This document shows, one piece after another, positions 32,096 through 56,293 of a stretch of DNA of 64,000 nt. The notes beneath the pieces were generated by a model that saw only the letters and a program-made list of their open reading frames with translations, had not been told where the DNA came from and did no database searches. Numbering within the stretch: the first letter of the stretch is position 1; every line of letters starts with the position of its first letter. Made by a program: the position numbers and the translations under genes. The stretch comes from the human T2T-CHM13v2.0 reference genome, Homo sapiens. The stretch lies in assembly GCF_009914755.1 (NCBI RefSeq), contig NC_060946.1. One strand, given 5' to 3'.

Positions 32096-33323
32096 TAGAT
32101 TATTTAAATATCACATCACAACTTCATATACATTTGAGATTAAAAGTGATAAAGTTCCAAGTCCCAAAGCAGCACGAGCTAAGGATACCATTTCCATTCA
32201 AATGAGTTGTTATTCTTCTCCCAAAAAGTGGATAAAGAGTGCAGACCTAATCACCCATCTACTTCTCTGTGTTATGTTACTTTCCCAAGTAATAAATATC
32301 ACCAGCCTAATGGCCACTTTCTTTAAAGCTTTAAGTCTATTGTCAAAAGAAAAACACACCAATGTTTTTGATGTAGTGGCCTCATATCTCAACCAGCATA
32401 ACCTCACCAAAGAGGCTACCAAACTCTAGAATTAAGTTTAAGTCCACACAAGTGAAAGTTTTCCAGGTGAATCAAGAGAGATCCAAGTTGCACTGGCACA
32501 GCTTCAATGTCTCCATGAGGAGGCTGCATGCAGGCAGGCTCATGAATCAAGTGGAACGACAACATCTTGGGCAAGAACAGGAGGGCTGGCATTCAACACT
32601 GCCTGCCTGGTCGGTTCCCTTGCCCTGGGCTCCAACCTGGCAATCCCAGGAGGGTTAAAACAGAACTTCAGCACACGGGAATAACCGCAGAGGAAGGCAC
32701 CGAAAAGGAGGGAAGGAAGAAGGTGTGAGCTCACCATCTGCAGCTGAGGTTCAAACTCTTTGAGCTGGTTTCCTGATTTTCATCAAGACAGCCAGGCAGT
32801 ATTTGGTAAACAGTGTACCAAGTAGCCCTGGAGACTCTGAGCAGCCTACCCCCTTAACCACAAAAACACCGGACAGGCGGAGGGAAAAAGAGAAGACAGG
32901 ATCCAGGAATGGTGCACACACCCAGCCAAAGGCCACCTTCCCTCAGGCACCCAAGCCAAGAGTGGCATCCCCAGGTCCTGTTATACGTCAAAGGCTGCAG
33001 CCGTGTGGGCCCCAAAGCAATAGCACAGCTTGCTCCCCTGACCAACCAACTCCTTCTGAAAAGAAAATCGACCTTCTCTGATGGAGCCGAAACCCAATGA
33101 ATCAATGAAATTCAACAGCAGCAGCAATCACTACCTCTCCAATTGCGGACCTCTCAGGATGCCTGGCCAGGCTTGAAAGCCCTAGAGGAGTAAGGAGTTC
33201 GGATTTCTGATTCAGTGAGTCTGGGGAAACTCTGAGGAGGGTCACAAGGGCAAACCTCCCCGGCCTCTCCTGCTTGGCCCCAGCCCTAGGACGTGCTGCG
33301 GTAAGGGCTTTGCTCCCCCCGCC

Positions 33324-33325
<2 letters not shown>

Positions 33326-33361
<36 letters not shown>

Positions 33362-33385
33362 ACACACACCACCCCCCCCCCCCCC
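33326..33385. repeat. (CA)n microsatellite followed by C14 run
   Basis: AC repeat 33326-33369 with one interruption; C-run 33372-33385. Confidence 0.95.
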
Positions 33386-34025
33386 GGGACACGGAGGGTG
33401 GGAAGGAAGGAAATGGAGGCCGCTCATCAAAGCGCCCGAAATCAGCGCACCCGCGTGTGTCCTGCGTCGCCCCCCAGGCCACCCCAGGACTAAGCCCTGC
33501 CCTCTCACCGGCGCGTCCCAGCCACGCCTTCCCTCCAGCGTTGCTCCGGCACCCTCGCCTAACCTCTGCACGTCTCGGATTCCCAGCTTTCTCCTAAATC
33601 GCGTCCCTCCAAAAGTCGCCCCAGCTCCCCCTTCTGCAGCTGTCTACACCTCCCCCACTCATTAGCAGCTCTTAACCCCCGACGGCCCTGCTCCTGCACT
33701 TCCCTCTCCAGCAGGCCCCGGACCCCGGAAAACTGCCCCGCTCCCACAGCGCCGCCCCCATGGGCCCCCGCCCCTTCCCCGAGCCGACCCCACTCGCCCT
33801 CGTCCTCCCCAAGATGTCTTCTCCAGGCGCCCCCCGGGGCCCCGAGCACTCGCCCCCTCCCACAGAGACAGGAAGTTCCGCGCGGCCCGACCCGCTTCCC
33901 TCAGGGCGCGGAGCTCGGCGCGGCGGCCCTGACGGGGCGCGGGCCCGGCCGCGGACCAGCGCCCCCGCGTCCCGCCCGCGGCGCCCCAACCGTCGCGGCG
34001 ACCCCTGACCTCGGCGGCCACTCAC

Positions 34026-34180
34026 CTCCCAATCCGTCGCACACTCCGTTCAGGCTGCCACGGCGTCTCCAGACCCAGCTCCGGCCGGGCTCCCGCTACC
34101 GCTTTTGCTCCGGCAGCACTGCCCAGCCCTGCCCAGACCCCTGCGGCCGCTTCTGCCGCCAGCCGCGACCGCACCGCCCC
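34026..34180 (-). other. PACSIN2: PACSIN2 exon 1 (non-coding 5'UTR; TSS approximate)
   Basis: Minus strand reads ...GGAGCAAAAGCGGTAGCGGGAGCCCGG...GTGTGCGACGGATTGGGAG|GTGAGT, matching my recollection of the PACSIN2 5'UTR; consensus donor; position about 24 kb from the TTLL1 3' end fits known gene order. Confidence 0.8.
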
Positions 34181-34199
34181 CGCCGCTCCCGCTGGGCTC

Positions 34200-34630
34200 T
34201 GTCCATTGGCTACCGGACACCGAGCCCCGCCCCACAGCCTCCCCGGCGCCCCCGATTGGGCCAGATGAGTAGAGAGGCGGCTCACCCCGCGTGAGGACGA
34301 GGGAAAGCCCCAGGACGCGCATTGGTGACTTCTCCTGTCAATCAAACGGGGAGTGCCTATTTAATGGGCTGCGAGGGTGGCGCAGATTACTCTCCCAAAG
34401 CCGCTCGCTGGTGGTGGTCCTTGAGACGCGCTTCCCGGGGCTGGAGTTTTGCGGTTTCGTCGGCATCCAGGGGTAAGAGGGCGCGGCAGGGCAGCACCGC
34501 ACCTGACCGGAAGTTCAGGGAAGGTAATCCTACAGTCTTTCAGAAAGTTTCCTCTCCCAAGGGACTCAAAGAAGCTAATGTCGTTAGGAGCTCCTCCGAC
34601 TTGCGCCAAAAGCGTCATTCCACGTGGACC
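34200..34630 (-). promoter_or_regulatory. PACSIN2: TATA-less proximal promoter with three CCAAT boxes, GC box, ETS, E2F and E-box motifs
   Basis: ATTGG at 34205, 34255, 34321; CCCCGCCCC 34225-34233; CCGGAAGT 34507-34514; GCGCCAAA 34603-34610; CACGTG 34621-34626. Confidence 0.75.
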
Positions 34631-35062
34631 CGCTTAGTTTAAACGGGGGGTTGGGGGGGCGTATGTTGCTGCTCTCTCTAATAAAATATATTTGGATGGC
34701 AAGGCACCAGGCAATGCACACGCATTCTTTCCAATTCTCACAATCACCTTGCATGATAGGGTATTAGCCCCGTTCTGCAGAGGGAAATACTCTTGAAGGA
34801 AAATGGAGAGCACTTCCTGAGCACTGTCCTACGCGCTGTCCAAGCACTGCTTCATGTCATCCAGGTGGAGAGGATGGTGAGAGGAACCCCAGGTGAGGGG
34901 TGAGCCAGGTAACTTGCTGGGGGTGATGTGGAGTAAAGAGAGTAAATGGCAGAGCCAGGATTAGAAACCCAGGTCAGCCCAACCCTTGAGAATAATAATG
35001 ATGACTGTGTAGCACTATGGGAAAATGCTTAAACTAAAACGTTAAAAGAAAAAGCCAGATAG

Positions 35063-35200
35063 AGCCAGGCATGGTGACATGCACCTGGAATCCCAGCTTC
35101 TTGGGACGCCGAGGCAGGAGAATCGCTTCAGCCCAGGAGTTTGAGGCCAACCTGGGCCACATAGCAAGACCCAGTTCTCTAAAAAGTAAAATAAAAGAAA
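35063..35200 (+). mobile_element. FLAM monomer
   Basis: TSD AAAAGAAAAAGC(C/T)AGATA. Confidence 0.85.
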
Positions 35201-35371
35201 ATAATAATAAAAGAAAAAGCTAGATACAAAATGGTAGAAACTGTAGAATTGCTGCTACATATAGATAGGTATGAGAAAAGAGTCCACAAAGAAATCTAGT
35301 GGTTGTTTACTTTCTAGACTGCTCTGTGGCATTGTCCTTATGACAATAATTGAGAAAGAAACAAAAGAACC

Positions 35372-35714
<343 letters not shown>

Positions 35715-35873
35715 TCATTCTCCAGGACTGAGCCAACAGGGACCTCTTTGCCACCCACAATACCTGTGGACCATTTGTATAGATAGAACTCAGCCATCAG
35801 CTCTCAGCACTTTCATATCTGGGTAAGTTCCGCTTACATCGCAATTCCATGCCCTATAAAAATATAGAGCCTT

Positions 35874-36502
<629 letters not shown>

Positions 36503-37899
36503 CTCCCAAGGTTTCTGAACAAGCGTCTGTCATCAGGCCTCCTGCTCTTCCACACACCGCATGCTCACTGGTCTCACCATCATCCCCTTATCCAGTTGCA
36601 CGAATCCCCCTGCACTCCAAGCACTGCTGAGTCTAGCAGGGGTTCCTGAAGACTGGAAGCTGGAGAGAGGCATCAAGCCTGGCACTGCCCAGCAACAAGA
36701 CAGGATGCCTCGTGAGCCTTTTTGGCTGCCTGGCCCCAGGAGTCACCACCTGGTCACGTGACCCATGCCACACTCTGGCCACTTCACATGCCTTTGGTTT
36801 TCTGCACTCTCCCCCTCTTCTTTTCTCTCCTCCTCCTTCTCAGGACAAACACAAAATTCCTTTCCTTGTCTTGCACCTAGCAGCTTGACATCATTGCCTG
36901 AACTCTTTGGGCCTTATACCTTCTGTCCTGGCAGCTTATCAGGGTATTTTTCCAAAGATAGCTCCCCGTTGCCACATGTGAGCACCCCAACTTTGTTCCC
37001 CACAAACATTTCACAACATTCCATCCAGCCTCCTCCTTCAGTCATATTTGAACAGGCCTGGAGCCCAATCCTGCCTCCACCCCTTTTCAGCCAAGGGGCC
37101 TTGGGCCAGTCACTGCAGCTCTCTGCACCTCTGTGTCCCCTCCGTGATATGGGGATTAGGAAGAGCAACAGGGCTGTGGTAAGGAGTCAAAGCATGGAGA
37201 GCTGTTCCGGGCACACGGCTGTGAATGCTGTGTCTGAACGGTGGACATGTGGTCATGCCTTGTCAGCTGCTCCTTCCTTCCCCCAAAATGTGACCATTGC
37301 CACAGAGTGCCTGGGACTGAGACTGACCGGCTTTAGTTTAGTCCTTTATTAACCATTTCCCACTAAGCAGCCTGGATAAACAGACAGTCTGGGCTAAAAC
37401 ATACTTGCACAGAGAATATCATATTCTCAAAAAATTTAAAACATCCAGATATAGTTGTATTGCTGAAAATACAGTGATACGTGTATTTTCAGTGTGATAA
37501 GTACAGTGATTTATGGATTGTACAGTGATACATGTCTTTCAAGAAAAAAAATCAAAATCAGTTACAGACATTCACTCACTCAATAATTCCAATATTTAGA
37601 ACGTGCCAGGCAGGGAAGGTGGCTCGGGGTGGACCTGGGTCCTGCTGATGTTCCTGGAAAGATCTGGCAAGGACATAGAGTTTAGAACAGAAGAGGGTGC
37701 AGTGGTATTGAAAACAGTGCTGTTTACCTGAGCCAAAATGAGTGGAAGATTACAGAGAGCAAAGATCAGGAGGCAAGAACTCCTCCTGTCCAGGAAGAGA
37801 GGAGGGTTCCACTTGGCTGCATTGCAGGCACAAAGAGAAGCCAGGGGAAACAAGGCAGTAAGGCAGCCGAGCGGCAAGGAGCTCTGCGGCCCTGGCAAG

Positions 37900-38050
37900 T
37901 GACTTCACTACTCCAGCCCTTGGTTTTCCCTACTGTAAAACGGGGATAATCACAAAACCTAGTGATTGTTAGCTTAGAGAATCTGTGAGGATTTGTGAGT
38001 TCGCTCTGCAATATTCAGCATGGGGCCTGGCACAGGTCATTGTTCAGTGT
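37900..38050 (+). mobile_element. MIR fragment
   Basis: GGCAAGTGACTT...TGTAAAACGGGGATAAT...TGTGAGGATT...GCCTGGCACA. Confidence 0.7.
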
Positions 38051-38095
38051 GTTCAAGGACCCCTGATTTTGTAAAAGTGCTTCAGGGTATATTCA

Positions 38096-38467
<372 letters not shown>

Positions 38468-38605
38468 GGAAAACAAACCTAAGAACACGTGCTGTGCACC
38501 AACTGTTAATATTTTGGCCATATCAAAGCACTAACTATGGCGGCTGGAGGAACACATTTCTGAACATACCTCTGAATGACATGCTCACCTGCCAAGTACG
38601 TGTAA

Positions 38606-39169
<564 letters not shown>

Positions 39170-39620
39170 ATGGGATCACTCAATTTTTTTGCAAGTTCTT
39201 CAGTTGGTTCTACTTCTATCTTATTTTACTAAGTGGAAAAGCTCATTTGGAGAATTCGGGTTTACAGTGTTACCATTTGTACCAAAGTGGGCCAGTGTCA
39301 ACAATTTCAAAGTAACTGTTTTAAAATTTGGAATGAAAACCTAACAATGCCCAGGCTTTATGTGATACATTTTAAAGTATTTTCTACTCTGGGAGGAAGA
39401 TATAAACTCCGGCAATAGTCCCTCCTTGAGTCCTTGCTATGCAGGAGGATGAGGAGGTCCCAGAAGCCAACAGATTCCATTCTGAATCCAGCCAATCATC
39501 TTACCTTTTGCCAGCTCCTAATTAGATAAATTAAAAGGCATCCTGCAATTGTAAAACTAATTTTTTTTAAAGTTATTGGATGCAACTGCTGTGAATCCAG
39601 ATTGCCTTAGTGTAAGGTAA

Positions 39621-39926
<306 letters not shown>

Positions 39927-40094
39927 ATGAGGCTACTTTTTAAAACATTGCAGCAGTCTCAAAATGTAAATGCATCAAAAAAGTAACATTGCCCTTCCTG
40001 ATTAACTTTATAACAAATATTTTCTCTTTTTTTATTTTTTTTCCATAAACCTTTTGCATTCCTAATTTTTAAAATAATTTTACCGTTTCTTTAT

Positions 40095-40859
<765 letters not shown>

Positions 40860-40953
40860 CTATGACAAATAAATGTTGTTAACTTGAACTTGTAAAATAA
40901 CCTGTACACCAATACATACATTATAAATTGTATACCAATAAAAATAAAATACC

Positions 40954-41833
<880 letters not shown>

Positions 41834-41956
41834 AACCACACACAAACAGCAAGTTGTTCCATAAACCTGTGCCCAAGAGCTTAAAGGACATCCCCTCACG
41901 TCATCCTGGGACAAAGACAGAGAGGAATTGGAATCCCACCGCCCCCACGCCCCTGC

Positions 41957-41982
41957 CACACACACACACACACACACACACA
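41957..41982. repeat. (CA)n microsatellite
   Basis: About 13 units. Confidence 0.9.
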
Positions 41983-43088
41983 TCCTTTATAAGCCACACG
42001 GCTTTGGGCAAGCCACTCACTTCTCAGCCTCAATGTCCTCATCTGGACAGGGAGCGATAGCTCACCCCTGCTTCATGGGGTGCTGCTGGAACTCACTGCA
42101 GTCACATGGGGAAAGTGCTCAGTGCGCACGCCCGTCACGGCACACAGTAAGTTACCAGCTCCACCAATGCTGGTTCCCGGCCCGGGCTGTCATGGCCCTA
42201 ACCCAGAGCCGCCTCCTAGTCTGTGAAAGAGGAGAGCAAGCCGCTGAGGTGTGTGGCAGGCCCCAGCTCCCTCTCACCCACACTCCCTGCCCCAAGGGGA
42301 GTTGGAGCCAAGGGGTGCTGCCTACCAGGAATGGACATGTCTCTGGGGAGCTGACTTTCGGCTTCAGCTAGCACCCAGTCCACCGGCGTTATCATTCACA
42401 GAAGAATGAGGCCCCATCTCCCCATCCTGCGGGGTGGCACCTGCTGCCTGCATTCCACTCCCACAGCGTTCTGCACCTCCCAGCCTCCATTCCCACCCCC
42501 ACCTGTCTCCCTGTCCCCCCTTCTTCTGCTGAGCCTCCAACCAAGTCTGAGGCCCATGGGAACCCACACTCCAATCCAGGCAGCCCCTCTGGAGGCAGGG
42601 GGTGGGTGAGGCCAACTCTGCATCAAGTTCTCTTCTCTCTGAGTCTGGGCCACAGATGGCAGGTCCAAGCTGGCATGGGTGACTGATGGTTGTAAGTCAT
42701 CTGGCCCAGAGCTGTGCGCAGCACGAGGCAGATGCTGGAAGTGTATGAGGAAGGAATCTTCCCTTTCACCCGCAGGTGCATGAAGGATGGAGAGCCGACC
42801 ACGTGGGCAGTCAGAAGGTGAACAGGCCTGGGGGGTGGCTTCACCTCACAGCTCAGTATGGGGCAGGGAGTGGGCAGGTGGGAGACAGGGCAGGGGGCAG
42901 CCTGTGGAGCATTTGGGACCACAGAACATCTAAGCCAGAAGACCCCCAAAGGTGAGTCCTAGCCTCTTCTAAGGCGAAGGAAGCTGAGGCCCAGGGAAGT
43001 CAGGCGAGTGGCCCGAGGTCTGCCAGCCATTAGGAGTCAGAGACCCCTCTCAAATCAAACTCAGGCCTTCTGGCTCCTGCTCCAGTAT

Positions 43089-43375
<287 letters not shown>

Positions 43376-43537
43376 TTCTGCTCCTGTATTCTTTACCAAC
43401 CCCATTTCTCCCTCTATTTAATTCAGTGGGCACATGATGCGGGCTACCATGCTGGGCATGAATGAAAAATACTGCCCACCTTGAAGCAACTCCTGCTAGA
43501 TGGGGGGCCAGAGGAGAGGTCATAAGCAGTGTTCTAG

Positions 43538-43959
<422 letters not shown>

Positions 43960-44873
43960 ACCTGAAATCAGTACTTTGGGCCTGAATCAAGTACCCAGCC
44001 CTGGGCACTCTCCCAGCAGCCAGCAGCCATTCTCTAGGCATCGGGGTCCTGGCAGCCTCTGGGTGGCATGAGGTGCGGAAGCGCAGGCCCAGGCCCCCTC
44101 CTGCCGCTCCTCCAGCAGGCTCTGAACACACCCTTCCTGTTGTGACAATTCTATTCTCTGTGCAACTGGTTCCAGCCCCTGCCTCAGGTTTCAGATTGCA
44201 GCACGTGCACTCATTAAGGCTGATGGCAGTATCATGTGGGCACCGGGGAGAGCCTGCCTGCCTGCCAAGCCTGGCCTAGGTTAATTACAGGTCACGGCAT
44301 TCCTGCTGTGTGCCCAGACAGTGGGCGGCCAGGCTAGGACCAGGCCTATGACACAGCCACCCTCCACTCATTTGCACAGCTGGTGGGTTAGTTAATTGCC
44401 TATGGGGGCAGACCCTGTGCTGGGCATGCAGGGAGGGTCACACTGACTGCCACCCAAATAATTCCCTCCACGGTGGCCAGCCACATGCTCAGTGTTTTAT
44501 ACACGGCACCTCAGGTTTCCTCACAATCTCCCCACTTTGCAGTTAGGGAAACTGAGACTCAAAGAGGTAAAGGTTTTGTAGGTCTCGTGTGGCTGCAAAG
44601 CCACGCCCTCCTCACTCCCCTGAGCACTGGCCTTGGAGCCAGGCTGGATGTCAGCAGCGTGTTTCCAGGGCTTGCTCTGTGATGCCCTTGCCCATTGAGC
44701 CCCCATGCCCTCTCCGTCTCTGTGTTTCGGTTCCTGCAGCTTCCACCACCTGCCAGCATGCCCACTCTGGCAGACGGTGCTCCTTCCTGGAGATCCCTAA
44801 ACACAGCACCCCTTTCTGAGGAGCACGGGCACCCCATGACCTGCTCTCTTTGTCAAACTGCAGTTAGGTAGCT

Positions 44874-45466
<593 letters not shown>

Positions 45467-45479
45467 CACCTCTTATTCT

Positions 45480-46394
<915 letters not shown>

Positions 46395-46424
46395 TCCTCC
46401 ATGTCTTTTCACAGCTTGATAGTT

Positions 46425-47023
<599 letters not shown>

Positions 47024-47884
47024 TCAGAAATGTGTTTTAACTGGGTCTCAGGAATGAGCAGGAGTTCAGCAGGTGAGGGAATGGGGAGGGGACCCACATA
47101 CCGGGAACAGGTATGGCATGAGCTGTGGCCCTGGGGCAAGATGGTGAGGAGCACGGGGATGCCTGAAGGTTCAGTGCCTGTAGCTGGGAAGGCCACTCCA
47201 GGCTGAGTGATGGGGCCGGGCCAGGTATAGATTGGGGGCTGATACTCCAAAGACTCTCACGATGAAGGGATTCCTTGACAGCCGTTAGTCAAAATTTTCC
47301 AGCTGCCCTCCTGTCTCCTTTCTTTGCCAAAGCCTTTCTGCTTGGGCTCACTTGCCCAAATGTGCCAAATGTGAGACATGGCACCCTCCAGGCTGGAAGT
47401 GGATGTCCTGTCACCACGACACACCCCTGACCTTATGGCTGTGACTCAGCCTTCTTCCAGCCCAGGGTTCTGCTAGTCCCAAGCTCACCCTCCCTTGGCA
47501 CTGGCCCATGTTCCAGCTCTACCAGCTGGGCTGTTCTCCACAAGCCGGCAGGTGGTGGGCAGGGTCTGAAAACTGCCTGCCCGGGGAACCATGGGAGGGG
47601 AGGGGCAGCACCCAACAGCAGGTATGCCTTCATGGCGGCTAACAATAGCAGGAAAGCAACCAGACCCAGGCACAGGTGCACAAGCTCAGCCACCTGGGAG
47701 GTAGGAATAGCCATTACTCTCATGTCACCATCTGTAAGGAAATAGACTCAGAGAGGTGAAGGAGCCAACCTGAGCTCACACAGCCAGTAGGTGGGCAGGG
47801 AGCGCCTCCACGGACTCCTAATTACAGAGCCCAGGCTTTTTAGCTGGAGGTGTCCAGCACCATTCTGCACACTGGGGCTACTGA

Positions 47885-48182
<298 letters not shown>

Positions 48183-48564
48183 TCAACAAAGCAACAAGTG
48201 AGCAGAAATTCCTTCTCAGGGCCACGGAGCTTGGCCTGTCCTCGCCCTGGCTTCTCCATGCCGTTCAGTTCCCAGGCTGGTGCTGTCTTTCCTCCCTGCC
48301 CCTGAAGTGGCTCTTTCCCCATCCCAGAAGTCCCAGAGCAAAATCTGGGTCTCCCCTGAAAGCTGGGTCAGTGCAGCACATACCTTCAGCTGAGGGCACT
48401 CAGAGGCAGAAAGGACATCTTTTCCATGTGTCCCTTCTATGCACCCCTGGGGGAATCTGCCCTCTGCTTGAACTTGCCCTTGACAGGAGACTCATTACCT
48501 CACAAGATGGACCACTCTATACCCAGGCAACGCTAATGGAGACATCCCCTGGCCCCTAACACTC

Positions 48565-49265
<701 letters not shown>

Positions 49266-50339
49266 AAGAGATTAGCCCATTTTTAACCCTTCCTATTGCC
49301 CTGACACCTCAACATGCCCACACACAGGCTGAGAGCACCCCACCCTGGCAGCCAGGCAGCCCCGTGGAATAAGCCTGGTCCCTGCTCCAGGTTCCCTTCC
49401 AGCCTTCCCCTGAGGGTCACCCAGTCACTTTGAAACACACCAGTGAGATCTGCTCACGTCTCTGGCTAGTGCCCCCCGCCCTGACCCCCCAGGAAAGGCA
49501 CTTGCCTGTGGGTCCTCAGGCCCTCAAGCTCTCTTGGCCCCGAACCTGCTAGGTGGGCCTGCTCCCTGTGGGCTCCTCCCATCCAGCCCCCTACATGGGG
49601 GCTGGCCTTCCTCTCTGGGGCCCGTGAGTGTAATTGAGCCCTTCACCTACACCTGTCTGAGTGTGATTTCTGCGGCTGTGCTGGAAAGACCCCAAAAGGC
49701 CAAAGGGGCTTCCCTGTCTCCAGCACTCCCTCCCTCTGTGGAAACAGCGCCCCTCACCCATTCCTTCTGTGCTCTGCTCCTCACCTCGGCCCCCAGAAAC
49801 ACATGCACATCACGAATTGCCCCTCATCACCTAACAGTCCCTGAACTCCTTTGTGTTACACCTAAATCATCCCTCTTAAGACTAAATGTCTTTGATTTCC
49901 CAATCATCCCTCGCCCGCCTGCTGCTCTCCCTCCATTTTTGCTGCTCTGACATTGTCCATAAATGCTTCGACAAATGACCAGCGTTGCCTGGGAGTGGAG
50001 GACAGATCTCGGCCCTTGCCCTCCAGTTCCTCCTTATCTCAGCCTGGGGGTGGATAGCAAAGACCCAGGCAATAAGAGCGACACAGCAGGAGGACAAGGA
50101 CCATCCCAAATGAGTAGACGGCCTGGTTCCCACAGTCGTTCGGCCATCACGTATCAGTGCTGCACGCATGTGTCAGGCTGGGGCCAGGCAGAGGCACGCG
50201 GAGCTGGAGGCTGTGCCGGGGAGAAAGCACAGAGGCACATGCCTGACCCGGATCATCTCAGGGATATGAGTGCTTTGGAGAAAACGGAAGAAGGTGGTAA
50301 TAAAGTGGGGCTAGAGGGATCACCAGGAGAGCCTCTCTG

Positions 50340-50868
<529 letters not shown>

Positions 50869-50943
50869 TTATGTTCCAGGGGAGGCTTTTGGAGGGCATT
50901 AGGGCTCTGATAGAATCTGATTTATGCTTTAAAATGCAAGAGA

Positions 50944-53028
<2,085 letters not shown>

Positions 53029-53276
53029 TCAAACCCCGTTTAACACACGCCCCCTACTGGGCCACTGAGAACTGCTCGTCTCTGCAGATCCCCTTCCACC
53101 CGGTGTGCAGGCTCCCTGTGCACAACTCCCCTCCTCCCGTCCCTAGGGCACCGCCTGAGTTCACATTGTGGCCTGCACTGCCAGATCTCCCTCTAGCCTC
53201 TCACCAGCTCCGTCATCCTTAGAGAGGCACATCTCTAAGAACACTGATGCCATCACTCAAAAACATTTGGCTGGAA

Positions 53277-53904
<628 letters not shown>

Positions 53905-53907
<3 letters not shown>

Positions 53908-53959
53908 AAGAAAGGGGGGAGGGGAGGGGGGAGGGGAGGGGTGGGAAGGGGAGGGGAGA
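53905..53959 (+). repeat. Polypurine G-run tract
   Basis: Seven or more G3-G7 runs separated by 1-2 nt. Confidence 0.9.
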
Positions 53960-54854
53960 TTAGGTGAGTTAAACTGGAATTGTGGGGGAATGTTGGCCAA
54001 GTGGCAGGCAGGGTGGGCCTGGGCCTGAGGGAACGCCATGGGCCCCTAGACTTGTTCCTGCTGACAGAGCGCCAGCGGCCGGGCAGGAGCATAAGCAAGG
54101 TGGGTTTGCATCTGTCACTGGAGGAGCGCTCCGAATGCTTCTCAGGACAAAAGCAGGAGGCCGCCATTGTTCACAGGATGTGAGATCTAATATGGTTCAG
54201 GCTGGGGCAAATCAGTGAAGATCAAAATCCCTCGTCTTCCACAATGAGAGACTGGAATCAAAAGTGGATGTGCTCCCACCTGCTCACAAAGGGTCCTCAC
54301 GTGCCCCAGGGCCCTCCACTGGGGCACAGTTCACATTAGGGGACACACAAACAGCCTGAGGGTGCCCAGTCGCTGAGCAGCCCCAGTCGCTGTGCCGTTA
54401 CCAGCAGGCAGGGCCCTGCAGGAGACCTTGGCCTCCCCAGACCACAGGGGCTGCAGGGCTGCTGCGGGGAGAGGGCCAGGCGGCCGCAGCACAGCTGGGA
54501 ATGGCTCCAGAGGGGAGGGTGGAGAGTGCGCTGGCCCCTGGGGGCACTCAGAGAGGAGCTGCGTGTGTTTGGCACTGGTGGACATGGTGTGTGGCAGTGT
54601 GAGCCAACAGGCCAATGGGTGGCAAGCATAGGAGGCTTTATGGAGCACCCTGAAGAACCACTGTGTGGAGGGGAAATGGCCCCCTGTGAGGAAAGTCCTA
54701 GCAGCTGGTGGAGCGCAACCAGATGCGGGTCCAGACTGATGGGGTCTCCATGGCAGCCCAGGTGGGAGGCGGAGGAGGAGAAGGGAGACAGTGAGAAGGT
54801 TGTCACCAGGCCCTCACTAATACCCGGGGAGCAGCCCGTGTGCAAAGGAGGTGA

Positions 54855-55202
<348 letters not shown>

Positions 55203-55866
55203 TGAAAACGACCACAGGATGCAACCCTCTGGCCTGGGACCCACCCCATCAAGTGTGTGGGGGCTGACAAGAAAACAGCAACGGCTCCCGGACAGCTCCC
55301 AGCAGGGCTCACTGCTTAGCCCCAGCCTAGCGCTGAATGGGGCTGTTCCTGGCCCGACAGCCTCCCGAGGCCTGCTGCCAACACCGCACCCTTCCCACCC
55401 GTGTCCTGGAAGTGCTCAGAGGAAACATCTGCCCAGAACATGACATCACTAAATCATTAATGAGACAGTCACTATATGACATAAATCCACTTAGCAGAGC
55501 CTCACTCTCACCTAGCAACTGGGTCACCAGCAAACTAACCACTTGGTGTGACTCTTCCATTAGGACTGCGTGGCCCCGGAGCCTCAGAGGCCAACGTTCC
55601 CAACCAGGGACTCCACCCTTCTCCCAGAGGGAGGCAAAAACAACACAATGTAACTGAGAACCGGGTTGTAAAAACCGGTGGAAGAGCTGGGAACAGTTAA
55701 CGGGGTGTCTTTCACTTCTGCGTGTAGGAGCCGAGGTGGAGCCGCCAGCTGTGCAGAGGACACCCCCTCCTGGGAGGTAAGAGGGCTCGCCAGAGCCAGC
55801 AAGGCGTGCGGGCAGGGTCCCTGTGCGGTGGTACTGGTTGTTTCTGAGGCAAACAGAACTCCCCCC

Positions 55867-56261
<395 letters not shown>

Positions 56262-56293
56262 TCAACAGCAAACACATTAAAACTAAACCCCAC

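Larger units (their letters stand above)
33400..34650. promoter_or_regulatory. PACSIN2: CpG island spanning PACSIN2 promoter and exon 1
   Basis: Very high GC, abundant undecayed CpG, repeat-free. Confidence 0.93.

Noticed and set aside
33242-34642. ORFs across the CpG island
   Set aside because: Stop-codon depletion due to GC content; exon 1 is non-coding
36765-37352. 195-aa ORF
   Set aside because: Low-complexity Ser/Pro/Leu sequence with no family resemblance, partly over old repeat-like sequence
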